Under the pieces are notes generated by a model. The model did not search any database. It saw only the letters and a list, made by a program, of their open reading frames with translations, and had not been told where the DNA came from. From Catajapyx aquilonaris (lineage: Eukaryota): 35,867 nucleotides of DNA. Of this stretch, positions 1 through 10,773 are shown piece after piece (the first letter of the stretch is position 1; the number at the start of each line of letters is the position of its first letter). A program made the translations under genes and the position numbers. Where the stretch lies: contig JYFJ02003977.1 of the NCBI GenBank assembly GCA_000934665.2, forward strand, positions 1 to 35,867, given 5' to 3'.

Positions 1-184
1 TTGGTGTCACGTATGACCCCCCCTTTTTTGGGAAAATGACCCCCCACCCCCCCTGCATGACCCCCCAACTGGGCAACAACTCTAAATCGGCTCACATAGG
101 TCCAAGTGACATATGTGCCAAGTGGCATGCTTTAATCACAAAGTGCAAGGTAACCCCCAAAATCGCTCCTTAACCGCCCTACTA
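1..184. mobile_element. Probable terminus of a non-autonomous DNA transposon (Academ-like end) in a CPSF1 intron
   Basis: Repeated ATGACCCCCC motifs and an end ...GTGCCAAGTGGCATGCTTTAATCACAAAGTGCAA...TAACCGCCCTACTA (reverse complement starts TAGTAGGGCGG), recalling TAG-starting Academ termini. The other end is outside the window, so TIR and TSD cannot be checked. Confidence 0.35.
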
Positions 185-321
185 TTAGCAACGACCTGCT
201 TATAAACAAGCAGCTTGTTGATTTTTCCAATAACTACTGGTGCCATAAAGTTGGATCACCCTGTATGTAGCCTACTATACCTTCTGTGGTAGTTACTGTA
301 TGACTTGTGCTTCTTATCCAG

Positions 322-487
322 TTGGGAGGTAATCCCCAACACCAAAATGGACCTGGAGGAATGGGAGCATGTAACCTGCCTCAAAAATGTGAGCCTGGCC
401 TCGGAGGGGACCAGATCAGGACTGAAAGGGTATATTGCTTGCGGCACCAACTATAACTTCGGGGAGGATATAACCAGCAGAGGAAGG
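322..487 (+). CDS. CPSF1: CPSF1 internal exon
   Basis: Acceptor ttcttatccag|T, donor AGG|gtaatc; encodes WEVIPNT...TSRGR. Confidence 0.88.
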
Positions 488-3307
488 GTAATCTTTTTTC
501 TGTCATTTCACAGCAGCACCTGTGTTTAAATAGTCCCTTACCACACACATCAGTTTCACTAGGAACATTTCATGGATGCACATGCTTTCTGAGATTAATA
601 ATATTGAAAAAATTGATGGTCAATTCAGTCCTCGTTCAGTTCATTTCACTAACTTCCCTTTAGTGACATTTTATAGAATATGGATACATTTATAAAGTGG
701 CAGGTGCATGTCTTAATTTTGCATTAATTTCAGATCCTCCTGATGGACATTATTGAAGTAGTCCCTGAGCCAGGCCAGCCCCTGACAAAGAATAAGTTCA
801 AGATGCTATATGCCAAGGAGCAGAAAGGACCAGTGACTGCCCTGTCCCATGTGGTTGGATTCTTGGTTTCAGCAGTTGGCCAGAAGATCTACATCTGGCA
901 ACTGAAGGATCGTGATCTCGTTGGAATTGCCTTCATCGACACTCAGATCTACATCCACCAGATGCTCAGTATTAAGAATCTCATCCTCATAGCAGACATG
1001 TGCAAGTCCATCTCCCTCCTGTGCTTCCAGGAGCAGTTCAGGACTTTGTCATTAGTTTCCAGGGTTAGTTGCATTTACAAATGAGAGCAGTTTATGTGCT
1101 CATTGTTCTTATGGAGTTAGAAAAGTTGCAGTTATTTTTTCTAAAACTATCAGATAATAGTTAATATATGCTACATTCATATTTTAATAATTCAAAGGCT
1201 ATTAGTCATTGATACTACTACGTCAGTGACACCAAGTTTTGTACACGCCTTGAAGGTGCTTTGACATGTGAGAGATTTGATTGAGCGATGCGTGGCTGAG
1301 TAACCCAAGTAAACAGTATTGTTTGAGGCGAAAATCGATTGATACTTTCACCTCAAACAATATTGGTAGCTTGGGTTACTCAGCGATGACATCGTGACAT
1401 CAACTCGCTCACATGTAAACGCGCCTTTCAAATGCGTAGGATTTTGTCTTGCCAAATAGTTATTAGCATGTCACAATAACAAATCTTCTTCCATTTAAAT
1501 AAGGACTTCCGTCCCCTGGAGGTGTATGCCATAGAATATGTGATCGACAACAACCAGCTTGGATTTCTGGTCTCAGATGTGGAGAAGAACTTGCTCATAT
1601 ACATGTACCAACCTGAGAGCAGGGAGAGTTATGGGGGTCAGCGTCTGATCAGGAGGGCAGACTTCCACTTGGGGCAGCATGTTAACTCCTTCTTCCGGAT
1701 AAAATGCAGGAGTAGTCCTGGAAATGCAGCTGCAGAAAGGAGGCAGGTATCCATGTATGCCTCATTAGATGGTGGCCTAGGGTACTTGCTCCCTCTCTCG
1801 GAAAAGACTTACAGGAGGTGTGTATTCTATTCCATTATATTCTAGTCTATAAAATTGTAGTGTGTTTGCAGCAGCCGTCTGATTGGTCAGCCGCACTTTG
1901 TTGTTATTGCCATGTTCCGATTGCCCCCCCCCCCCCCCNCCCCCCCCCCCCCCCCCCCTATTGTTACCGCTACGCCTCTGATTGGTCCCCATCTATTGTT
2001 ACTGTGATGCTTCCGATTGGCCTCCGCTCTATGAATTCGTAATGGGTGGAGGAACTTCGCAGTTGCATGCTGGAGGGCGAGGAGTCAACATCTCTCCCGT
2101 AAACACCTCGACTGTGACCTTGACCCTTCCCCCCTGCGCAACTACCCACCCCATACTCTCCCCACCATGTCGGTCGTGTTCTAAACCCCCGTCACCACAC
2201 AGCAGGGGAGATGGAGTGAGGAGAGGGGAGGGGACGGATGAATGGAATGCGTAACAATCTGAACCTACGCCTTGATCGAGGATCTGTTGTTTATCAGTGG
2301 TGCCAGCTCCATGGACATTTTTATAATCAAAGTAAAATAATTTCAGTTTTTTAACGACATTTTTACTGGCACCCCTGGTGGGAAGAGTGGGTAGGCAGAA
2401 TGGGGGCCGTCGAATTTCAACACTGAGACTGGCTTAGTACGTCACAAAAAAGAGTCGGGGAGAATGAAACCAGTTTTTATCATCTGCTACTACAGACCCT
2501 GCAGAGTTCCCATTGACGTTTGCAATGAAGGGGAGGATTGTGCACAGACAGAAAAACCTGGTCGGAAAGTGCGCTGATAATTTAGATGCATGTGCAAGTG
2601 TATGTGGGGAATAAGCCTTTTCAGAAGATTTCGGTTTGTAAATTGATTGCTGAAGGCACCATACTGTATATACTGTATAGTGTAGACAAAAAAGGCCAAT
2701 TTGGGCCCTCTCCTGGCGTGGACCTAGTGGTCCAAATTTCACGACAATTTATTTGTAGGGTCCCTGGGTGTGCCCCATTGTCGTATTAAAATTTCAGCCT
2801 TCCCTGTGCATTTCCCTGTGCCGAACTAGAAAGTGCCGAAATGTAGAGAGCGAGTGAGCTCGAGTAAAGGATGCACGGCAGCACGAGACGTAAGAGTAAG
2901 GAGAGAAGGAGGCTATAGTCTGGGTCAGTGGCGGTGGAAGTTGCTTGGACTTGGCGGATGCACTGCCGTGCATCTTGATGATATATTATTTCTAGCCTAG
3001 TCACTTTCTTATTCCCATTTTTTCTCTACATTGAACTACTAGACTGCTGATGCTCCAGAATGTGCTAGTGACCCAGTTGAACCACACTGCTGGTGTGAAC
3101 CCAAGGGCATTCCGTACCCTGAGAACAGGTGGAGGTGGGAGGCATCTCTCAAATCCTGGCAGAGGTGTGATTGATGGAGAGCTGATATGGATGTTTTTGA
3201 CGATGCCTGTACCAGAGAGACTCGAAGTCTCGAAGAAGATTGGGACCAGAGTGGGGGAGGTCATGGATGACCTCAATGAAATTCACAGACTTACTGCACA
3301 CTTTTGA
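322..3307 (+). CDS. CPSF1: Cleavage and polyadenylation specificity factor subunit 1 (CPSF160), 3' part; join(322..487,734..1063,1504..1817,3043..3307); 5' exons lie outside the window
   Basis: Spliced translation gives C-terminal beta-propeller motifs typical of CPSF1: [95 protein letters not shown]. All junctions are GT-AG and keep frame; TGA at 3305-3307. Confidence 0.95.
734..1063 (+). CDS. CPSF1: CPSF1 internal exon
   Basis: Acceptor tttcag|ATC, donor AGG|gttagt; encodes [16 protein letters not shown]...LSLVSR. Confidence 0.93.
1245..1437. repeat. About 190-bp imperfect palindrome (foldback/MITE-like) in a CPSF1 intron
   Basis: GCTGAGTAACCCAAG (1295-1309) is the exact reverse complement of CTTGGGTTACTCAGC (1370-1384). 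ATTGTTTGAGG/CCTCAAACAAT and ACATGTGAG/CTCACATGT also pair symmetrically. Confidence 0.8.
1504..1817 (+). CDS. CPSF1: CPSF1 penultimate exon
   Basis: Acceptor aataag|GAC (AAG acceptor), donor AG|gtgtgt; encodes [12 protein letters not shown]...LPLSEKTYR. Confidence 0.9.
1878..2033. repeat. Degenerate ~36-bp minisatellite with a poly-C tract
   Basis: GATTG(G) recurs at 1881, 1919, 1980 and 2015, interleaved with T(A/G)TTGTTA. The C run at 1924-1958 contains an N. Confidence 0.55.
2295..2377. mobile_element. Possible tiny hAT-like MITE relic
   Basis: CAGTGGTGCCAG (2295-2306) and CTGGCACCCCTG (2366-2377) form an 11/12 inverted repeat; no 8-bp TSD visible. Confidence 0.3.
3043..3307 (+). CDS. 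CPSF1: CPSF1 terminal coding exon
   Basis: Acceptor ctactag|A completes the Arg codon; encodes LLMLQNVL...RLTAHF*. Confidence 0.92.
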
Positions 3308-4747
3308 ATCCATACAATAATTGTATGCCATTCCCACCTTTCTGGGGTGATTAATTTTTGTCATATGGCATTTGGAAGTGATTCTAATAGACAGTATTGT
3401 AAAGTTGAAATTACTATAAAACTACTGTCACACTAAAGTGCAACAAGTGATCCTGGGACTTTCAATGTTTGGAGTTGTGCAGTTGTGACAGTCACAACAT
3501 AGTTGAAAGTGGCATTCATGGTGTCATAGACACATCAATATTATATTGCCATTGGTCTGTATGGAGGTGTGGTTTTATGTGTTCCTGTGATTATGATACC
3601 CTATTCAGTGAGGATGGTGTTAAAGACGTGAGGGAGTGTGACATGCTTTTTGGCCATAGGTTCCTTGCAAGTTGGAGTTTATCTTTGCAACTGTAATGAA
3701 TGCTCAATAACTCATTATGTGTAATCTTTTTTTACATTTGTTTACTTGTGTTGGGGTTGGGGTGGCATCGCCTGCCCTGCCCTACAGTGTAATGTGTGTT
3801 TGGTGCAGTATAGCCACTGATGCTTTGCGCCATTAAAATCCCAATCAATCCTTGCAAGTTCTTAAAATCCTGACTGATTTTAGCAATTTGGATACATTGC
3901 AGAGTTAATTGCATGCCAGTTCTGGTGATGTCAATCATGTACATGTTAGATCATATTTTGCCTGTCAGATCATCCACCAAATATAGGCAGTTGAGGAATG
4001 GCATGTTGAGTAGAATGGTCCCAGACTGATAACCTTCCAAAAGTAGCAAAGAGGGAGAATTCTCAAAAGAATGCAAGAGACTCATGATTAATGAGGGAAA
4101 TTTGTTAACAAATCACCATATCTTGCTGCCATGATCAGCTGGGAAATTGCCAATAAAGAGTAGGATCAATCAACAATATTTTCTGATTTTGATGTATTTA
4201 TTTATTGTGAGAGATGTGATGCATATACACGTACATGGGGTCAGGAGATGAAGGCTGAAATATGCAGGAATTTTCTGCCTGATGTGAGGTTCATATCGTT
4301 GATGTTCCTCACCATTCAAGTGGGCGATACGACAAGACCTGGAATGTGATTATCTCAGTTACAGTGCCAAAATTGACAAAATCAGCTAGGCTCATTTTGC
4401 CTTAGAAAAGCATATGGAGCCTGTGACAAAGAAGAAGTGCATAGCCCTACCCTACATATTTGTGTTACCCTTGCTGTATCATTTTTCAAAATTTTCAGTC
4501 TAGCATCCCTTGTTGGAGTCACTGTAAAAGACTGCTTCCAATCATATCATAAGCGGTTGTTTAAGCCTGATTCTGTTGAAACTGGCAATTATACATGGAA
4601 CATTACTGTTTAAATTTTTTTTTTGTGAGCTATATCTTAATGGGCCATGGTTGGGATTTACATGCAAGCTGACTCTGTCTGTCATTAGCAGCAAGAGTCC
4701 ACAATCATGTAAATAAACTGTTGATTGTACATGTACGTACAGGTTTA

Positions 4748-5235
4748 GCCAGTTCTCTTGGCAAACCTGATAGGGCTGATGCAAGGACCACTGAAATGTC
4801 TTTTTCTTCAGATTTAAAAAATCCACTTTGTCTCATCATTCATCATGTCATCTCGATTACATGTCAGTCTCCAAATATATTGTCACCAATTTTTACCTGG
4901 GGTACTCGAATTTTTCTTATGGATATAATTCTAGAGCTACAATATTGTGCAGTCACCAGCAAAAAGGATGGGAATGGACATTACACCTGTTGTGTACTGC
5001 ACAGTGAATTCCTCAGAGCTGCTGACCAAACCATGGTGAATACAATTTTGAAGGTCTTGAATATTTTATTTGACAATCGCAAGTAATAAAGAGTAACCTT
5101 GATAAAAATTGGTAACAATATATTAGGAGTTGGCCATAAAACAGCATGAGGCAAAGAGAGACTAATGGGGGGGAAATGAAAATAATTTCAACATCTTCAC
5201 ACTAGCTGCAGCCTGAGATTCCCAAGAAGACTGGC
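4748..5235. repeat. Long diverged inverted repeat (old DNA-transposon relic) between the CPSF1 and BCDIN3D 3' ends
   Basis: 4869-4907 and 5091-5129 match 33/39 as reverse complements. An outer pair GCCAGTTCTCTTGG (~4748) / CCAAGAAGACTGGC (~5222-5235) extends the symmetry. Confidence 0.65.
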
Positions 5236-6278
5236 AAAGCCCATATAAGCAACAGACTTGTTGCTTAGATAATTATGGCTCAACAATGAAATGACCTAAA
5301 TTCTTAAATTGCTCATAACTTCCAAACCAAGGCTCATTAGCATGCAGACAGTACCTTTTTTTCTTGTATCAATATTTCCCATCACATGAGTCTGGTTTCA
5401 ATAAAATCATGCTTGGGTAGCTGTCACTTTTGCGACAGTCTTGACCAGATCTATGGAGACAACAGGTTGCCTTGTGTGAGGAAGTTCCCAGTGCTGGTTT
5501 CAGTGGACTGCATCAGTGACAGAACTCTTAGGATTATCAGGTATTACCATCACTCCCATAGATGCAGTATCTTTGCCCAGGAATTATTGACTTCTTATGG
5601 TAGTAAAACTCCATTCAACTCTGTTTTTTTCAATAGGTCTGGCTTTTATATAATTATCCAGGTGACAAAACATGTTGGAAAGACACGTGGAATGTTAGAA
5701 ATATATACATATTATGACAGACTACAGTATTTTTGCCACCGATATTGCTACGTATGATTGAGTGAGGGAACAAATGTTCTGGATGCTAAATCCTACCAAC
5801 ATTTGCAAGGCTCATTCAGATGAAGTGAGCCACTCATATGGCTATGATAACAAATATATCCAAGAATAAATATGCTCTGAATCCTGCAAAATCATCTACA
5901 GCGGGTTAAATTTTGGTTGACTTTAGAGTCACAGTAGAGCCCGAAGACATGCCAATGAGGACTCCACCCCCAAGCCTCAGTGGGCCCAACCACCATAAGG
6001 GGTAGTGTCACTCGGGGTATGGGACAGGGAATCAGTGGAAAAAAAAGAGGCAGTAATGATGAGTGCAAGCCAAGTTAAATGTACTCTTCAATAGCACTAC
6101 AGTGAGACACTTGCCCTGTTTCTAGATTAACCCCTTCAGCCCCAGTTGCGATGGAGATTACAAGTTACCTCCAGTGCCTAGTTCCCATGATGTCTGATAC
6201 ACCTGCTTCAGAAGATAGTGATGTCAGGAATTCTCTTGCAGTTACTGCAGAAATTTTATGGCTATATAGTGCTGACAA

Positions 6279-6574
6279 TAATAATTTGATACCCCATTAT
6301 CAGCCTACGGGCTTTCCTAGGGGGGGATTTCTCCCAATTTTTTGTCTGGAACTCTTCCATTTTTACTATTTTTCTCATCATCGGAATGAAGCAGGGAAAG
6401 GGTAGGAAGGAGGCGGCTGTGGCCTATATTACGGTAACGACCCCGGAATTATCCTGCAAGGACCATGGGAAACCACAGAAAACCATGGTCAGGGTCGCCG
6501 GCCTCCGGGATTCGAACCCAGGACCTCCCGATTAGCAGTCGGCCACCATACCACTACACCACTACTGCTTCGGT
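6279..6574 (-). mobile_element. Full-length tRNA-derived SINE with 14-bp target-site duplication
   Basis: Minus strand: A-box TGGTGTAGTGG (6561-6551), B-box GGTTCGAATCC (6518-6508), central TGGTTTTCTGTGGTTTCCC...TAGGCCACAGCCGCCTCCTTCC domain, short ATT-type tail. Flanked by identical TATAGTGCTGACAA at 6265-6278 and 6575-6588. Confidence 0.9.
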
Positions 6575-7266
6575 TATAGTGCTGACAACAACACTACACT
6601 AACCTGCAGCAGCCCTGACCCAAGCTGGAGAAGGTGGTCAATTGATTGCTTCTGGGAAGTGTCTCTGACAGCTGTGGTGTTTTAAGGAAGTCCATCTCAA
6701 GGCTGAGACCGACTGGCACTGAGCATAGGAACCTGGGCTGGGCTTCCACTGCTGGCACATAGCCAGGAAGTGGGAAGCACTTGATGTTGACTCCTGTTCT
6801 GTTGGTACAAATATGGTGGTGTTCCCAGTAGGAGCTGGCCAGAACTAGAGTAACATTGGACCCTTCCTATGGGAGGAAACTAGTACTATCTACAGCCAAG
6901 CCTACAGTGAAAGATAATGCACATTTAACACTACCTGGAGCTTGGTCAGTCAACTGTACAAGCTTATTGTGAGAGCCACTTTCTGGATAATGTTCTCCGA
7001 CAAGAGCCTGAGGCAGACTGACTGCTTCCTGTCAGGGGCAGTCGATTTATTTAGTCTTTGTTGCTGACAACATTGGTGGGTTGGGTGACGGTGACATGGT
7101 GATGAAAACAAAAATTTTTCAAAACTTATACATTTGTTTGGAAAGTGACATGCAATTGTCTATTTTTCTTGCCAATTAAAAAAAATTATGTGCATAAACA
7201 AATCAACGTTGCGAGTTAGCTCTCTCAAGATCATTTGGTAGAAGTACTCAAGGTGATTCATTCTGG

Positions 7267-7621
7267 TTACTGCACCTCTTCATGAGCAAAAAGCCAAATT
7301 TTCCTTCCCCACTTAGTGTCTCCCAAGTCTGCCACTAACTTCATTCCTGCCTTAGTAACAAGCACATTCTTTATCACCTCTTCCAACTGAGAACTTCGAT
7401 GACATAACTTTGGGTAATGATTGAATCCGACCCCTGTTGACCTGACCAATCTCCTTTGGGCAGATCTGTAACATTTCCATGGCTGGGGCTCCACCAGCAA
7501 TCGATGGCAAAGCCGTGCGCTCTGAAGTAACAGTTGTTCAAGCCCAGAGTCACCATTGTTGAGATGAACCCACATTGTCACTGAGAGAAGAGTTACCAGG
7601 TCAAATGTATGGTCATTTTGC
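7267..7621 (-). CDS. BCDIN3D: BCDIN3D terminal coding exon
   Basis: Acceptor tgatttcag|G; encodes QNDHTFDLV...AHEEVQ*. Confidence 0.9.
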
Positions 7622-8918
7622 CTGAAATCAGAAAAGCATAATTTGCTAAATTGCTTTCGTATATGATTCACTGGTATATCTTCTTGAATTCATGCATGTT
7701 ACTGTGAGCTAAGTCAAGATTGTAAATTATCAAATTAAACTAATTATGCACTTGTATTCTTGATAATACTTTTTCTGGATGAATATATACTGAAATATGT
7801 GCCAGCCTCTTGGTGGAACTCGTATTAGTGCAATCTAATTTAGACACATACTAACCTTCGATGAGTTTTCCAGAAATTTTCAATGACTGCATTTCTCTGG
7901 TCTTCCAGCATGAAATCAGCAGTATGAAAATCAATATTTGTATGGCAGTGATCTGAGTGGGCTCGAGAGATGAGCGTGGGATCTATGTCCAGTCCAAGAC
8001 AGATAACAGTTCGCTTCTTTGTAGTACTCAAATAAGATTGAAGAGCAGAAGTCAGGTCCTGTGATGAAACCAATAACTTAGCTATAGTGACAATCACATG
8101 TGGTTAAAAAGTAATTGAAAGCTATTGTAACCCTGCCCATCTCAGGGTTATTAAATTTATTTGATTAAAAATTTAGCTATTGGTAACATTTTTCTCTTAT
8201 TTGTGGTGTCACAAATTCATACTTTGTTGAAATGACTCGGTAATGTCAACTGGCAAAGTGGAAGGAGGTATTTACTGTGTTTCTTAATTTAATTTACTCT
8301 TCTGCATCAAGTATGTACTCCTGAACGTGCCAAATGTGAGTTGGTCAGAGGAACCAGTACCAGCAGGACTTGTGGGCGACATTTATGGCAAAAGGAACAT
8401 ACGCTACATGATGAAACACGACAGTATATGTGTGGCCAGGTTTTGTAGGTACTGTACCAGTAGTTTAAATGTCATACGATCCAGATGTTGGCCCTATCTC
8501 AAGATCTTGGACCTCAAAAATACAGCAATGATTACAAGGATATTAGTTCATGGCAGGGATTATATAGGCCTAGATCTAATCCCTGGTTAATGGTATCATA
8601 AATCATGCCTACAGTAAAAGAGCAGCAGAATGACTCTGCACATTTGATTGAGCATTTTACCCCTGAATTGCATCCGATGTCAAGTACGAAGTACTGGTCC
8701 TGGCTTCCAAAGAATTTGCAAACATCACTTGGAAGCAGCGAAATTCTGCTGTCCACAGAATTAAACTGGTAATAGTTGATGAAGTTGCCCAGCCGGGAAG
8801 CTCCTGGATCACTCTTGTTCTCAATTTCACCCCTTACAGGAACACTCTTGTTGTCCTCCAAGGTTTTATTGTCTGCAACTGCAGACATTCTTGCAATACA
8901 ACCCAAGGACCGCTTCAT
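7267..8918 (-). CDS. BCDIN3D: BCDIN3D/Bin3-family SAM-dependent RNA 5'-monophosphate methyltransferase; complement(join(7267..7621,7856..8058,8661..8918)), about 271 aa
   Basis: Motifs GNFINYYQF, SAM motif I VLDIGCNSGDLT, LGLDIDPTLISRA, FDLVTLLSVTMWVHLNNGDSGL, LLVEPQPWKCYRSA, WGRKIWLF. Short length favours BCDIN3D over MEPCE/Bin3. Junctions are GT-AG and keep frame. Confidence 0.9.
7856..8058 (-). CDS. BCDIN3D: BCDIN3D internal exon
   Basis: Acceptor catcacag|GAC, donor AG|gttagt; encodes DLTSAL...WKTHR. Confidence 0.88.
8661..8918 (-). CDS. BCDIN3D: BCDIN3D first main coding exon (start at ATG 8918 or 8888, or spliced in from 9028-9095)
   Basis: Donor GGG|gtaaaa after LDIGCNSG; acceptor ttccag directly before ATG 8918. 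Confidence 0.82.
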
Positions 8919-9027
8919 CTGGAATTCAACTATGTTAAGAAATTCCGCAATGATGAATGGTCTCTGATGCGCCTCGTACCATGGACACTGTACTTAACAT
9001 AACGCTGATTTAATTCCGCAGACATAC

Positions 9028-9095
9028 CTTTGACTTGAAGCCGTAAGCGATGTTTCAGGTGAAAGTTTTGCGAACGTGCCACACGAAGCCGCCAT
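9028..9095 (-). other. Probable first exon of BCDIN3D carrying an upstream ATG (uORF or N-terminal extension)
   Basis: AAACATGGCG start context at 9095, open for 68 nt to a consensus donor AAG|gtatgt at 9028/9027. Confidence 0.55.
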
Positions 9096-9308
9096 GTTTG
9101 TGAGCATTCCTACCCTTGTCAATGGTGCAAGAAGACATATTTTAACTTAAGAAAATTATTAAAACTAATATTTTCCTACCCAATCAAATGAAATGTTCAT
9201 GCAATTTTGAATATGTAAGTAATTTTTTCCAAGTGTAAGAGATCCCTCCTTAGATCTGTCTTGAGTGTCGGCTGGAATGCTCCCGATCCAACATTCCAAA
9301 ATGGCTGC
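9088..9308. promoter_or_regulatory. Putative bidirectional promoter of BCDIN3D and RAB3GAP1 with divergent YY1/Pho-type motifs
   Basis: CAAACATGGCGGC on the minus strand (9100-9088) and CCAAAATGGCTGC on the plus strand (9296-9308) point outwards around an AT-rich core, with locally raised CpG. A donor-like gtgagt at 9442 and acceptor ccactgcag at 10371 suggest a non-coding RAB3GAP1 first exon. Confidence 0.55.
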
Positions 9309-10390
9309 TATTGCTACATTAGTTGCATCTGGAACGTGATAGAAAACCTTGCCTTTTTATTTATGTTTTTATTTTTATCCATTACTTTCTGTGCCTCACA
9401 CGAATCTACGAATCTACACACGAAATTTAGTTGCGGAAAATGTGAGTTGCTGTTGATCGTCAAGCCTTCTTTTGCTCCTGAATAGCCCCAGTGATAATAT
9501 ATTATTCCTTAATACAATTGATTTAAAAATAACTAAGATTTCATTCGCCGGATTATTAAGTGCCCTTCATTTGATAATTGGATTGCTGTGGCAGGCAACA
9601 TCTGGAATTGCAGATGACCAGCCACAGAATGTAAGACACCTGTCACTGGCAACTGCTTTTCCACGCTTGTTCAGATCATATCGGGGACATAAGCAAAGGA
9701 GTTGGCCAAATGGTGTGAAGGGAAGTGGTGGAGGTATGTGGGCCACTTTCTCGCATGTGGCTGCAGTGTTAGAGCTGTGGGACTGAGTGACAGATGAGTG
9801 ATTGTAGGTGGTGTGTAGAGATTTGCTTCATTGAATTAGTGTCAATTTGATCATGTTAAGGTGGTCGGAAGCCTTGGGTGTAGTGTCCCATGCTCTAAAT
9901 TGAGATCTGATTCCTGGTGATGATATCTTAAAGGTCATTTTAAGCATTTTACTGACCAAGATAACTACTGCTTTTACTGTGATGTCTGGAGCAGGCAATG
10001 CATATGCAGTTGAAGAATTACTTTTAAATGGACAATTATTTTGCAGAATATTTAGGCCATTCTTCTTTGGCTGCACTGAACTAGTTTGGGACTGGAACTC
10101 TGACTCCTACCACCTGCGCTATATGGCCAGTAGTAGTCCAAGGACTAGTCCTGAATTAGTTTTGTACAGTGAAAGAGACAGTGCTTTTTTTTACCCTTGT
10201 TACCTTATATTTACATCAGTACATCATGAGCGTGTCAATTAGGTTTATTTTGGTAGGCACTCACTGAGCAGGGGACTCATGAGCGTTTTTAGTTGCCAAT
10301 GTTTGCATGAAATGTTTATTGCTATTAGAATAGTAAGGATATTGATAAAAAACTTTTTATTTCCACTGCAGTTACCATTCATATAGTTCC

Positions 10391-10773
10391 ATGGCTTCTC
10401 GAAGCATGAGCTGTGAAGTAGAAGAAGCAGAAATCTTTGAAGACTTCACTACTGCTTCTGATTGGGAAAGATTTGTGGCTGCACTTGAAGAAGTGGTCAG
10501 GGAGTGGAATCTCCCACAGCTTCACAGTCATCGGAAGGTTCGCCCTTTGTCTAAAGGAGAACTGAGTAGTCACAGATGGGAGCAGAAATGCCAGACAGTG
10601 TCGGTTGGGTCCTATGTGTTTCAATTGACACGCCATTTCCTGAGGCATCATGAACAGGCTGAAGAGGATGAGGGTGATGGAGAGGAAGAAGAGGAGTCAC
10701 CATTGCCTGTGGCACTAGCAGACATTCTTGCCACTGAGAATGACTTTGCTCCTAGGGCACACCATCTTGTTAG
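10391..10773 (+). CDS. RAB3GAP1: RAB3GAP1 coding exon 1
   Basis: ATG 10391; EDFTTASDWERF; donor AG|gtgggt. Confidence 0.9.

Noticed and set aside
6500..6574. tRNA-like sequence with A and B boxes
   Set aside because: It is the head of a SINE with body, tail and TSD; no convincing acceptor stem, so not called a tRNA gene.
9560..10150. Possible decayed non-LTR retrotransposon 3' end on the minus strand
   Set aside because: Only vague peptide resemblance with frameshifts; needs a translated profile search.
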